The notes beneath the pieces are model-generated. The model saw nothing but the letters and a program-made list of their open reading frames with translations, was not told the DNA's origin and did not search any database. Shown one piece after another: positions 30,001 to 38,970 of a stretch of 46,937 nt of DNA. A program made the position numbers and the translations under genes. The number at the start of each line of letters is the position of its first letter. Position 1 is the first letter of the stretch. Source of the DNA: Trichomonas gallinae (Eukaryota); assembly GCA_008369845.1 (NCBI GenBank), contig MRSU01010447.1, positions 1 to 46,937 of the forward strand. The letters run 5' to 3'.

Positions 30001-30526
30001 CAAGCCGGAGTCCTTCCACCTAAGAGATGCGATGTGGTACTTATCATACACACCGCAGCAGTGGCTCGACACAATCACAACATTCTCAAACAGCTTCGCG
30101 TTGGAGTCGACAATATGTTATATGTTCGGAATAGGAAACAGAAATCCGAGAGATATTTTGATCGAGCCTTCAACAGGCAGAGTTCTTCCAATAGATTTAT
30201 ACCATATACTAGAAAAAGATGTCGTTGACATTCCTTTCAGGCTGACTCCATTGTTCGAAAACGCGCTGGATGATGTGAATTCACGAGGAGTTTTCAGCGC
30301 GAAAGTTGGAAATTTCATGAGAATTGTTTTCACGAATTCACAAAGAATCATTGACTTTATATCGGTCTATGATGGAATAATAGAGGAACCAATACTGTCA
30401 CAAACGTTTTCAAGAGCCAAACAAGACGTTTCTCGCTGTGAAGAGATAACAAACGAATTAATTTCAAGATCAAGAAATCCTTCGTATTTCACTCAAATGA
30501 ACAACTCATGGTTCCCGCTTTGGTAG
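24074..30526 (+). CDS. TOR-like PIKK family protein (HEAT-FAT-kinase-FATC) with degenerate catalytic motifs, 2150 aa
   Basis: N-terminal HEAT repeats; SPSETIRSCS...ALFPIAFTTYW; FAT YESLSEWEKAL and MKCLAKLERYDEL; LNSVSPIL; kinase YMFGIGNRNPRDILI...PID...IPFRLT; FATC terminus QMNNSWFPLW* (TOR has GWCPFW*). Confidence 0.9.
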   Translation: MASFGTSKQILIINPYDIPKLDSYRMWKLTRRELIKDFEDSVIEISDHELKKVFNEWTGALILRLQSGVKSAQMASLLTISILFHFQKMAEDISNYLKRIEILLESDDIEVCRAAGKTLRWFAEDYDDNQVFLQETLELANKWLESDKRSEKLFNAFEILYEVGRFQPSNVLAIFARHFDVIIPSVSSTNPDLSKVAKKTIITHIRQVSIDVGDSFAGTIYFDCICALKNPKCPSVCNFLQILKTIYKEYISVVDPLMVVGLVINTLNHTQIDTLKCAVSFLKLISEKTPKVFQPSHGDKIITAFQTQITKHQNDLEIFPLIKIIAACLPLDVIPYIILVNSLLMIIDNKQLAFQHESAYEILQIIFARTPKDAFSIDTFYGREPNIGLLKLVTLINDHSKLMTPFFIDWVNKGFTYGATTRSVMISLTVLQYFRDFIPMQDDYLTEEIERFIAHPDIEVRCRAADALSSFSSARAILTLINLAINDISKEVRIYSMKLLRAEHICSHIQLLSQLINDKSAKIRNVSIEILSKAAELSPAFITNLMIPAVNRYISLIISPKSPKENAKLCSSIPVIAKYFSKIIPSIIPTLIWCCVYLLNGEKEFPKFFDTFPENSLPKDSLLIPSDLSQVKHYDPSVSSTSELWKSIKNRSQNVLTVLSVIRKKWDEVRDLYLFEALGELSEYITPYILQVIPVFSDSFNSKRNLSIHKVAVKNLTKIVKVFNKFGNFRCLFPELTLSLANLMIREANHEFSGEILKLIGNIGFSNLENKITKNFTPRKFDEDFSHKYLIDIIFKMFNKPSETLMATLVSLVAKEKNLILRFLDKILHLFVDSLYVLESIGAVFMQLDIVCYYCGEEISPYLYIIKDLLKENMSNNFCVKVCTTLSMRLKSEFNEYAKILYPESLKNIKTTERILFKAIIKFATSVIINQNMNERLFIESIEDRLNSKNLQNDNRFVFVIFKAFSRLAQYSKSKLFMPRMAQIVFKLQPQVTQQFLDLLTNLCLFGGVSIPIVLHYIKFDKKLADQLKIVENMLNTKKWTIKETNIIKDLELTFDDKYYEKVVPLLPQTKKFVLLSLKEPIHYNNQKWMNDVAILVMQNSPSETIRSCSSLIISSNNAVKALFPIAFTTYWIVSSTEEKNFFSKMVLNLLKSKSIIDPAIFSLIKLLEFIGLPLSIDDSIISESKASEPLMRFYLQRQIKNNPNNFDAIKKLFNLDVKMSLHDSSRAIGEIVIKSKNSEAGMVYESLSEWEKALEFYKNHKNHNQDFLIMKCLAKLERYDELLNYEDKFNSLNAENKSLLSLAFAKANFYHGDKNKIQHFLSFAIYQNFPEMIFNRASFYVEIGKYEEAQKMIDNCFFTIAQGQTSMNNHDFIENLKISQLLIELEDIINEKLNNTTPKNKTLDIDAPLSMWISLFDIRNISRKSNINLCKNLISAMRRKCDSRYSSLIEKRISLYCIHPDIAKAALKLKWEEGKRSEALTMISKIISFIESENLSELKHFMQEKLLSNKSIDEENFVKGFADKKYQSDIYRMKSYWLLYDKNNLETVTDIINLSRKSFDLSNNLKAAENLVMGFYKYKNLTGDQIFVPEEIKTIKYVLNIKYQIFPIIELFNIIKNFPEFFENSQIPFEWIHPVQFLFFTFLNNENQKSHEIFFKLLQENMNDHLNEMLYDIQYYSNINEKNKKEIKQLHTEKNSNLFHTLNLFSKGIKKALSTVPERMLHMIINEWVPSVMENTTEVLVEIRSFLKTMKDEISALDNAFLIALDDDIKVFIESLNKFVSEGSTKPNIILDSLKELQIQLEKEINSIGALQLNSVSPILSENDFSLLPVISNSFTNEKISKIDQIVNAHPDRILSRSISLITNEGVAYRYLVQPTDQSIDRKLSYCIKTFSRYRKFANISNITTIDIISLSKEVSLMKIPENFQSIKKFITIYREAKLPKVKSEEQTVYEHTSLKYDVLTKLQRLEVFDTVIKNKPESFHLRDAMWYLSYTPQQWLDTITTFSNSFALESTICYMFGIGNRNPRDILIEPSTGRVLPIDLYHILEKDVVDIPFRLTPLFENALDDVNSRGVFSAKVGNFMRIVFTNSQRIIDFISVYDGIIEEPILSQTFSRAKQDVSRCEEITNELISRSRNPSYFTQMNNSWFPLW

Positions 30527-30766
30527 TTTTTAGATTGATTCATGTTTTTAATATTAGATATTCTTAATTTTATTATATTTTTGTTTGTAAACATTCTATC
30601 TCTAATATTATAATACCATTAATTCATTCATTTGCTAGTTGGCTTATTTTAACAACTTAATGATTTGCCAATAAAAGTTTTTACAATATTGAACTCTTGG
30701 GTTAAAAGCATAAATGGTTTACGTGATTCAAATGAGAATTTTATGTTTTTGGCTCATTTTTCTTTG

Positions 30767-32026
30767 ATGTTCTGGATTTGCATTTTCACGTTCGATTTTA
30801 ATTCAAGTCTTTTGGCTCCAATGAAATCCACAGGAATCAGAGAAGTTGGACAGTATACAATGAGGGGCTCAGCAATCCCTTTTAAGCGATTTATTCAATT
30901 AACCTCACGAAATACAAAAGATTCAGGCGGTGTTTGCCGCAGAATTAAAAATAAAAACAATGACTGGGACATATTTTATAGCTTTGGAGCTATAAATCCG
31001 AATTCTTCAAGAACTCAAATATTTTATTACACAAAAGAGCTTTGTACACAAGATAATTCGATTTATACAGGTTTTTCAGTAACAATGAAATACGAAAAAG
31101 ACTCAAACATCGCGAATATTTTTGTTCATCAAAATAATTATACGGCTAAGCCACCAAAGAAGGAACCAGAGTGTTCTTTGAAACTAGAAACTAGCAATAT
31201 GCAAACAAAATTCCGCGTTTCTTATGATTCTGGAAATATATTATTACAAGTTGGTGAAGCTAATAAAGAGATGAAAAACTGTTCATCATTCTACTACAAT
31301 TTGACTGGTGGCTACTTTAGCATATATTCCACGACAGAAGGTGATGCAGAAAACAATAATTTGCAAAGTTTTGTTTACACGCCTCATTCACCAGAAATTC
31401 CTAATCCAAAGGAAACCGAAGAAGAAAATAAAAACAGACAAACCCTTTCTAAGAGCAAAAAACACAGAGCTGACAAAAATTTGCGAAGAATCAGGCAAAA
31501 ATGGATTCATTACTACAGAGATCAAATGGAATTCGAAAGTGAAATCCTCAACGGCGGGACTCCAAATTCCGTTCAGCTAAAAAGAGCACTTAAAGAAATC
31601 AAAGAATTAACACTTCGAGCTTCTGAAGGCTTAGACATCAACGAACTCAAAGTATTCATCGAGGAAACAGTGCACGACAAAATGCAAACAGTTTTACAAA
31701 AATTACAAAATTCCGCGAATGATATCATTGAGTTCAAGTCTACATTCAATGATATTTATACCTCTACGACAAATCTGTTGAAGGAAATATCAATGGAAAC
31801 GCGAATAGAAATGAGTCAGACGATAAATGATTTTAATCAGCAAATTGAAGACATCTTTCGTAATGGATATAACAGAATAAACGATTTTAGCGACAGTGTT
31901 GATCAAAATGGTCAGCATTTATCATCAACAATCTTGACGATAATCAGCATTATTGAATTTGCGGCCTATATTGCATTCTTCATGCATAAGAAGGGGAAGA
32001 CAAAAGGATTTCTGAAGGCGGACTAG
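30767..32026 (+). CDS. L-type (legume-like) lectin type-I membrane protein, ERGIC-53/VIP36/Emp47-like, 419 aa
   Basis: Short hydrophobic N-terminus from ATG 30767 (Inr TCATT at 30754-30758). Beta-rich domain (FIQLTS...GGVC, FRVSY...CSSF...GYFSIYSTT), coiled-coil stalk, transmembrane TILTIISIIEFAAYIAFFM and basic tail ...KTKGFLKAD. Confidence 0.7.
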   Translation: MFWICIFTFDFNSSLLAPMKSTGIREVGQYTMRGSAIPFKRFIQLTSRNTKDSGGVCRRIKNKNNDWDIFYSFGAINPNSSRTQIFYYTKELCTQDNSIYTGFSVTMKYEKDSNIANIFVHQNNYTAKPPKKEPECSLKLETSNMQTKFRVSYDSGNILLQVGEANKEMKNCSSFYYNLTGGYFSIYSTTEGDAENNNLQSFVYTPHSPEIPNPKETEEENKNRQTLSKSKKHRADKNLRRIRQKWIHYYRDQMEFESEILNGGTPNSVQLKRALKEIKELTLRASEGLDINELKVFIEETVHDKMQTVLQKLQNSANDIIEFKSTFNDIYTSTTNLLKEISMETRIEMSQTINDFNQQIEDIFRNGYNRINDFSDSVDQNGQHLSSTILTIISIIEFAAYIAFFMHKKGKTKGFLKAD

Positions 32027-32540
32027 CCCGTATGCACTTTGATATTCGCCGAATTTCGTAATTGTAATTTTTATCATGGATTATTTAGCAAAAATTGGTA
32101 GGAAACTTGTATATGATTATAACAATGACACGAATTTATGGCGTTTGATCAAAGAGTAAAAAAACATATGTCATGATGTGGTTGTATCCACTTTATAAAA
32201 GACATTTAGCGCGAATTGCCACCATCTTTGCTATATTATCAGTAAACCGCATAAAAACCATTTGAATTTGACAGATTTTGTCTCAGACTTTTTATAAAAT
32301 TGTGATTAAAGCTACAAAAGTCATGTATTTATTCTAGGCAACCGAACGGGAGCATATAAAACTGTTTCTCGTATCGATAATTATATTTTACTGGATTGGA
32401 ACTGTATTAAACACTCATTTAGCTATTATTATCTTTAGATACATATAACAATTCTAGTTCCACCTTTTCAAGACTAGATCACCGATAATAAAATGGTACC
32501 AGTATAAATATGAACTGTACAGAGTGATCGAGGCTTTAGA

Positions 32541-32783
32541 TATATATTTGATGCCCCGATAAAACCACTATTTGCTGTTCTCAACCAGGATTTCTCCATC
32601 TCTAAAAACAAAATATATTTTTAACGCCGTATAAAATGGCAACAAGTCCTCCAATAGGATAGGAATAAGCAGAAAATTCCAAATTCGTCGCCCAAGTTTG
32701 GATTCTCTTTGCGACGTGAATTTGAGAGAATCTTGTCTATATGCAAAAACCATGCAAATCTAATTAAGATTATAAGAATTTAG
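32541..32783 (+). pseudogene. Decayed coding fragment with two in-frame stops
   Basis: One frame reads YIFDAPIKPLFAVLNQDFSISKNKIYF*RRIKWQQVLQ*DRNKQKIPNSSPKFGFSLRREFERILSICKNHANL..., with stops at 32622 and 32655. Confidence 0.35.
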
Positions 32784-32812
32784 TCGCTACGCTAAGGTTT
32801 CAAACAAATAAA

Positions 32813-33595
32813 TTAAAATATTCCTTCTTCCGTGAAGATATTTGATTCGAAAATGAAGTCATCGTCTGGGATATACTTCTCCAAGAGAAACTTAAACTCC
32901 TGCGGCTGTTCCTGCATTTTAATGACTGGTATGGTCGGTTCTACTATTTTAGGCTTTTCAATTACTCTTGGTTTACTTTCTTCGCTTCTCTTTGACTTCT
33001 TTGTCTTTCCATTTAACACATGCTTATAATGATAACGGCACTGGACATCTGTTCTTGTGTTAAGGCAATTCGCGATTTGAGTCCAGGCTTTATTTCCGTA
33101 TCTCGCGACAGCTTTGATCAGCATGCTCTCTTCTTCTTGTGTCCAAGGGGCTTTGTTTATATATGGGTTGAGGGTTCTTTCCCACCTCTGGGAACACTGT
33201 GAACGCGAACGATTGTTACCGACAAATTTGGCGACAGTTTCGTAGTCTTTAGAACCGTACTTATGAATGGCGAAGATCAACCTCTTGTCCTCATTATCAC
33301 TCCAAGTACAAACAAAGCGCTTTTTAGCGTATTTTGGATCTTCTTTCTTTTTAATGCAGTTTGGAACTGGCTCAAATTCAGTAGCTAGTATGTCATGTGC
33401 TGTAATCAGAGGACGAAGACTAAGACCGAGGTTCGTGATCTGTGCAGAGGCCTGTTCAATGGTTAAGGTTCCATTAATGTAGTTTCCGAGAACCTGACTG
33501 TAGGCTTTGATGAGCTGAGCATCGACAACGCCCTCAGAGTAAAGATCCTTCATGCAATAGATCTCCAGTATGCTTGGCTTCTCACTTCCCTGCAT
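32813..33595 (-). CDS. Two-repeat (R2R3-type) Myb transcription factor, 260 aa
   Basis: WSDNEDKRLIFAIHKYG...VGNNRSRSQCSQRWERTLNPYINKAPWTQEEESMLIKAVARYGNKAWTQIA...RTDVQCRYHY. ATG at 33595 with Inr TCATT at 33608-33604. Confidence 0.95.
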   Translation of the reverse strand: MQGSEKPSILEIYCMKDLYSEGVVDAQLIKAYSQVLGNYINGTLTIEQASAQITNLGLSLRPLITAHDILATEFEPVPNCIKKKEDPKYAKKRFVCTWSDNEDKRLIFAIHKYGSKDYETVAKFVGNNRSRSQCSQRWERTLNPYINKAPWTQEEESMLIKAVARYGNKAWTQIANCLNTRTDVQCRYHYKHVLNGKTKKSKRSEESKPRVIEKPKIVEPTIPVIKMQEQPQEFKFLLEKYIPDDDFIFESNIFTEEGIF

Positions 33596-35270
33596 CAAAA
33601 TAAAATGATCTATTTTGAATACTTTTTTATATAATTGATGGCTGTAAAGATAAATTTTGATATATCATTCTCTAAAGTGAATACTTCTATATTAAAGACA
33701 TTCCTTTTTCTGAATAAGCCTAAATCTGACTCTCGCTCTCAAAAATATAAAATACGATTGTTGTATAAAATTGATATTTTTAATTACATTATTCGATAGT
33801 GCATATTTTAGAATTTGAGAATTGTTGAACTTAAGTCCAAAAGTCAATAATCGATCATGAATGACATAGTAGGATAATTCTCTAATTCGTTTGAAAGAGC
33901 AAATTGTTAAGCTCAAACAATTCTCAAATCTGAAAAAAGTTTTTTTGTAATTTGCTTAGAACTTCTATGATTGTCACACATTGCTATGCTCATAATTATT
34001 ATCAAATATTCTGACAAGTCCGATAATTGTGAGAAAGGGTACATTCATGATAGTCAATATCTTGTATTACGTTGTATGGCAGTAGATCATTTGAATCTAT
34101 TTTGTATACCAACGATCTTTTTTATCAAACTGTTAACGTACGTTTTAATGCATTTATCTCCAGAAGTCAAACTATGCATTATTGATTTAAACAGATTTTA
34201 TACTTTTGATAGAGCCAACAAAAATTCAATTCAATTATTGAAGGTGAAACTATTAAAGAAAAGTCTACAGCAATAATAGATATATAGAATATTTGATCCG
34301 TTTTATATTGCAATATAAAAAGTATTCAATTTTAAAACGCTATTATCAACATTGACATACATATACCAATATCTTTCTAGGTTTTTGTATGTAACAAATT
34401 TCATAGAATAATCTGGCTTAATTTGAGAGAGTTTTCACGGGGTCGCAAGTTTTAGGGTAAAATCATTATTTTATAGCTATATATTATTTCGAATATAAAT
34501 TATTGCGATTATCTCAATTTTTCATTACATGAACCCTAGACTTATATACATTATGCCATGTATTATTGATATTTCATTTGAAAATGCAAATGTCATGTTT
34601 CGAACTCAATTTTGTCCTGACATTTTTCCAACTCCACGATATTCATTATTGCCATGGATATCTTGGAAGATATTCATTAAAACCATGGATATATAAAAAG
34701 AACTCAGCATTATTTCGAAAGGCCCAAATTTCCAAATAAAACATTTTATCTACAACAACTCCATATGTTGATACATTTGATACAAAGCAATGGGGTTTAG
34801 TTATCAATTTTCTCAAAATCGATCTGTCACAACAAATATACACCTTTGAAAAGCCATATTACTGGTGAATGAGTTTTCGCGGAATGCTTTCAACTTGATC
34901 AAATAAAATTGCTTTCAAATATCAACGCAAATTTTCCAAAATTTTCGTTCGTTTGCGCTGGCGATCTCGAAATCATGCTCAGTAAATATATTAATGCATG
35001 GTATATGAATTTTGAATGATCTACAGGCATAATTACAGGACTGGATTCTATCTTTTTATCTTTAAACACTTTGCTCCTTAAATATAGACTCACTACATAG
35101 CGTATATGCGTATACTTCGAGATAAAGGATTTATATTGTTTATTCAGATCAATGAATCTTGAATTATTACAGGTCCAAGAAACAAACACAACAATCTACA
35201 CAGACCTCGACCACACATTATGAAATAACACTACAAATGCACAAACAGTAATATTTACATATTGATATAA

Positions 35271-36614
35271 TTATTTCATTAAAGCAAATGATGAAGCGGC
35301 ATCAATTATGGGTTTCTCGGCCGTATCATCGTCCTCGGATGATAACTCATTTAATGAATACGTGAATCTGTCTGTTAAGCAATATGCTTCATCAATCAAC
35401 TTAGATTCATCGAGTTCCTTGAACCCAACAATTCTAGATGAGTATATAAACTTCCCAGACTCAACTGCAAGGCCAAATCCCAACGCATTAAACTCGGCTG
35501 AAATAATATGTGTTTTAATGCTAGGATTTGCGATCCACATCAAAAATATCTCTTGCAAGGGGTCCTGTGTCCAAGGAGTCAGATAAACACCTATGTTCGT
35601 CTTTGACCCAGGAAACATTTTATGTATTCGCTTCGCCATTGTACGTGTTTCCATGTCTATGTCCTCCTTTTTGAGCTTGTCGCAGTACCTTTGGGCTATC
35701 TCGCACCACTGCAGAGAGAGCAAAACGGGCTTCATCCCTTTAATTGAGCGATAATCATTTACTAATAACAACATTTTGCAGGCATTTGGAAATCCCATGT
35801 ACATTTTTGGTATTTTTATGCGAGGAGTTGTACACTTGCCAAATAATAAAGCGCAGCCGATCGAATTTTCGTTGATCGGATCGAATAAAAATGAAATATG
35901 CGTGTAATCTTTGAGAATGTACTTGAGATATGCCTTGTTTTCGCGTAGTATTCCTATGAAATCTTCAACGGGCGATGTTTCTGATTTTTTAACTTTTTCA
36001 AAAATATAATTTGCTTCAGAGCAGTTATCGAAGACATTTTTGACTATCAATGTAGACAAATCCGTAAGTATTATAGGATTCGATAGCTTTAAACTCATTA
36101 GCTTTGAAGCAGCGGTAATTGAAACATTCAATGGTGGAATGTTGTTTTGTCTTCGAAAAACATTCACAAATCGTGAAATTACAAGTATTGCTTCTTTTCT
36201 AGAGATTTTGGTCTTAAAAGTTGCGAATATTTGCGTGCAAAACCATAAACCATTAGAATTTTCCGCAACACCTATTCCAGTGTGCGTATATTCACCTTGT
36301 ATGCGTGAAAAACTCGATGATTTTCGTAGCCATGATAAAAAAATTGTTTTTCCAGGATCATCGTTTGGCTCGCACGTTGCGATGTTTTCTGAGAATGCTA
36401 TAGCAAGTGGCGCATTGACCTCGCGCGTATTATACCCCATATGACTAAAAGGAACGGAGTTATTCGACATATTGATCGCATGCTCGCCCGCCAGAAAGGA
36501 TAATTCCTTAGAATAGTTCAAAGCGGGCAAGCCGTACTCACCGCGTGCCTGATTAGTCAGCTCAAAAAGACGCCGCAGGACCCTGTCGGGCTGACACAGG
36601 GCCCCAAAACTCAT
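35271..36614 (-). CDS. CAP/SCP-domain protein with three tandem repeats, 447 aa
   Basis: Three N..R...G/N..PL starts (TNQARGEYGLPAL, VNVFRRQNNIPPL, VNDYRSIKGMKPV). The first repeat has FSH, ENIA, YTHTGIGVA and WFCTQIF. Inr TCACT at 36621-36617. Confidence 0.85.
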   Translation of the reverse strand: MSFGALCQPDRVLRRLFELTNQARGEYGLPALNYSKELSFLAGEHAINMSNNSVPFSHMGYNTREVNAPLAIAFSENIATCEPNDDPGKTIFLSWLRKSSSFSRIQGEYTHTGIGVAENSNGLWFCTQIFATFKTKISRKEAILVISRFVNVFRRQNNIPPLNVSITAASKLMSLKLSNPIILTDLSTLIVKNVFDNCSEANYIFEKVKKSETSPVEDFIGILRENKAYLKYILKDYTHISFLFDPINENSIGCALLFGKCTTPRIKIPKMYMGFPNACKMLLLVNDYRSIKGMKPVLLSLQWCEIAQRYCDKLKKEDIDMETRTMAKRIHKMFPGSKTNIGVYLTPWTQDPLQEIFLMWIANPSIKTHIISAEFNALGFGLAVESGKFIYSSRIVGFKELDESKLIDEAYCLTDRFTYSLNELSSEDDDTAEKPIIDAASSFALMK

Positions 36615-37128
36615 GTAGTGAAATAACGATGAAAATTTTCGATGTAAAACACTCCTAGGTGTTAACAGATGCTAAAAAACTAATTATTGGAAATTTTCAA
36701 AATAAGGTTAATTTTTCAAAGCAAATAAGGTTAAATTTATACATCAAATTTTTTAGTTGATCAACAATTGAGCAAAAACACATTGACAAACATTCATATT
36801 TTAATATAATCTATGATTTAAATCAATCAAAATCGCTTAATATCATATATTTTATAATCGAATAAAAAAAATTACGCAAAACATGACAAAATTCCTTGAC
36901 CAATCCATTAACATCATGCAGTAATTCACTGTTCACGTGACAATGATCAATAAAAACAAAATTTTGCTAATTGATTTGAAATAAATCCAAAATCTCAGTT
37001 GAAATCACTGCTATTGACAAACATATAAGTAAATAACATGTTGATAGCTTTATCAAACAAAATTTTGACAAAATGTTCGTTCAGTCGAAAATAAGCTGCG
37101 ATTATGAAAGAGACAGACATGAATATAT

Positions 37129-38970
37129 TTATTCTAACTTTGTAGACAATAATGACAAGATTTTTTCGAAATCGAAAGAAGTGACTTTTGATTTAGCCAC
37201 GTTTATTGTTTTGAGCCAAAGAGTAATGTGTTCTGGTGTAGATATTGGGAAGTGCTCATTTTCTAATACTTCAATGACGTTTTGTAGGTGATTAAGAATT
37301 TGATTTGTTAATTCTAACAGTTTTTCATCCTTATCGCAAACAGTAACGGAAAGGGATATAGCGTTGATATAAAGGTCTAATTGATCCTCAACACTCATGC
37401 AGTTTTCATCAGCAGAAACATAAGATTTAATGGTTTCAAGTGCTTCATCGATAAATCCACATGTAACATATGCGCAAACCGCTAAGCAATAAAATCCATA
37501 GTCAGCTTCACCCATATATTTCTGACTAAGTTCATTAATTTGATCTTTTGTAATTTCGAAGCAGTCAAGGTGCTGCAAAAGGACTTTAAATCCTTCATAG
37601 CTTGTAATATATGGAAAGACTTCAGCAAATTCGGATTTTGGAAGGAATTGAGCTAATAATGAAATTTTCTCCTGATCGCTAATGCCATATGATTTTTTAA
37701 CGATTCGTAATATGAAGTTGTAGTCGAGGTTTTCTCTAATGCATTGGAATACAATGGCTTTAACCATTTTTTCGCCCATCGGAATATAAGGTTCAGCGAA
37801 AACAGTCAATAAGAACTGAGCATCGAGTTTCACTGTTGTAACAAACTGAGTTATGTAGTCATTTAGCGTATTTGAGCGCTTTGACATCTCATTTTCCAAA
37901 ACTTTTCTTAAAGCTGTTGGCAAAACATCATCATTTGCTGTTTTAACGAACATTGGAGTGATCTGTGTTCCATTTGGAATGTTCGGAACAACTTTTGCGA
38001 ACTGATTATGTCCGCATTTTTTGAATATGAGCTCAAACACTTCATCTGTTGGCCAGAGAGTAGCACAATTGCTAACTGTATCAAAATCACCTTGATCTAA
38101 TGCAATTTGCGTAGTCAAAAGCGCTAAATCGTTTTTATTTCTTAATTGCTTAACGAATCGAAAACTATCCGCCGCAGTAGGACTGTGCTTTACAATGTTT
38201 TCAACTAAAGCCACAGTCCTATCGCCTTGTAAGATCGAATTAATGATTGAAATAAAATTTGGGTAATTTTGCACTAATATTTCCGGTGTAATGTTTGTTT
38301 CGATTGCACTCAAGATCGTGACTACGATTTCAATACTCGTAATTGTTTTCGTTGACGTAAAGAAATGTGTGATTAGTTCATCTGCTGAATTTCCGAGATA
38401 CATAGCAACAGAGATGTTTGACATGAGCCATTCGCCGAACTGCTTGGTAGATTTTGGATATGCTTTCATGAAAGAAGGCAAAATTAACAGCATTTGATCG
38501 AAATTGCTTTTTGCGAACTCTATTGTTATATCTGGTTTGACCGGGAAGTGCGTCATAGCCGTAAATCTGAGCATCATCGCTCTTAAAGGATGAAAAACTG
38601 CGACTAATGAATTTGAAACTTTCGAAAGATGAGCAGGATTCTCAGTAACACATGCTATGAGAAGTGCTGTGTATAGTCTTGGAATCATAAGCTCATGTTG
38701 AAAAGCGAATTCGAAAGATGAATTTAAAGCTTCGATTGAAAACTTATTTTTGTTCGAGATTGATTTCCTAAACGAAGAGAAGTACGCGAGACATTGTGAG
38801 TGGACTTGAATGTACGTTTCCAGCGGCATATTATAATTCAATATTTTTAAAACCGACAGAGAGTTGCTGACAACTTGCTGAATGTTAGTAGACTCATACA
38901 AAATTTCATCTGAGTTGGCCAGTTTCGTCTCAAACTCGCCTATCAGCGCATTTAAATCAAAGCCACTCAT
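37129..38970 (-). CDS. Divergent Vps35-family alpha-solenoid protein, 613 aa
   Basis: MIPRLYTALL (Vps35 IIPRLYLLI), VFHPLRAMMLR (VQHPLRGLFLR), FAKSNFDQM (FVLxNFxEM) and LMSNI (LVGTNL), in the expected order. Inr TCACT (38990-38986) lies downstream of ATG 38994, so ATG 38970 is preferred. Confidence 0.75.
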   Translation of the reverse strand: MSGFDLNALIGEFETKLANSDEILYESTNIQQVVSNSLSVLKILNYNMPLETYIQVHSQCLAYFSSFRKSISNKNKFSIEALNSSFEFAFQHELMIPRLYTALLIACVTENPAHLSKVSNSLVAVFHPLRAMMLRFTAMTHFPVKPDITIEFAKSNFDQMLLILPSFMKAYPKSTKQFGEWLMSNISVAMYLGNSADELITHFFTSTKTITSIEIVVTILSAIETNITPEILVQNYPNFISIINSILQGDRTVALVENIVKHSPTAADSFRFVKQLRNKNDLALLTTQIALDQGDFDTVSNCATLWPTDEVFELIFKKCGHNQFAKVVPNIPNGTQITPMFVKTANDDVLPTALRKVLENEMSKRSNTLNDYITQFVTTVKLDAQFLLTVFAEPYIPMGEKMVKAIVFQCIRENLDYNFILRIVKKSYGISDQEKISLLAQFLPKSEFAEVFPYITSYEGFKVLLQHLDCFEITKDQINELSQKYMGEADYGFYCLAVCAYVTCGFIDEALETIKSYVSADENCMSVEDQLDLYINAISLSVTVCDKDEKLLELTNQILNHLQNVIEVLENEHFPISTPEHITLWLKTINVAKSKVTSFDFEKILSLLSTKLE

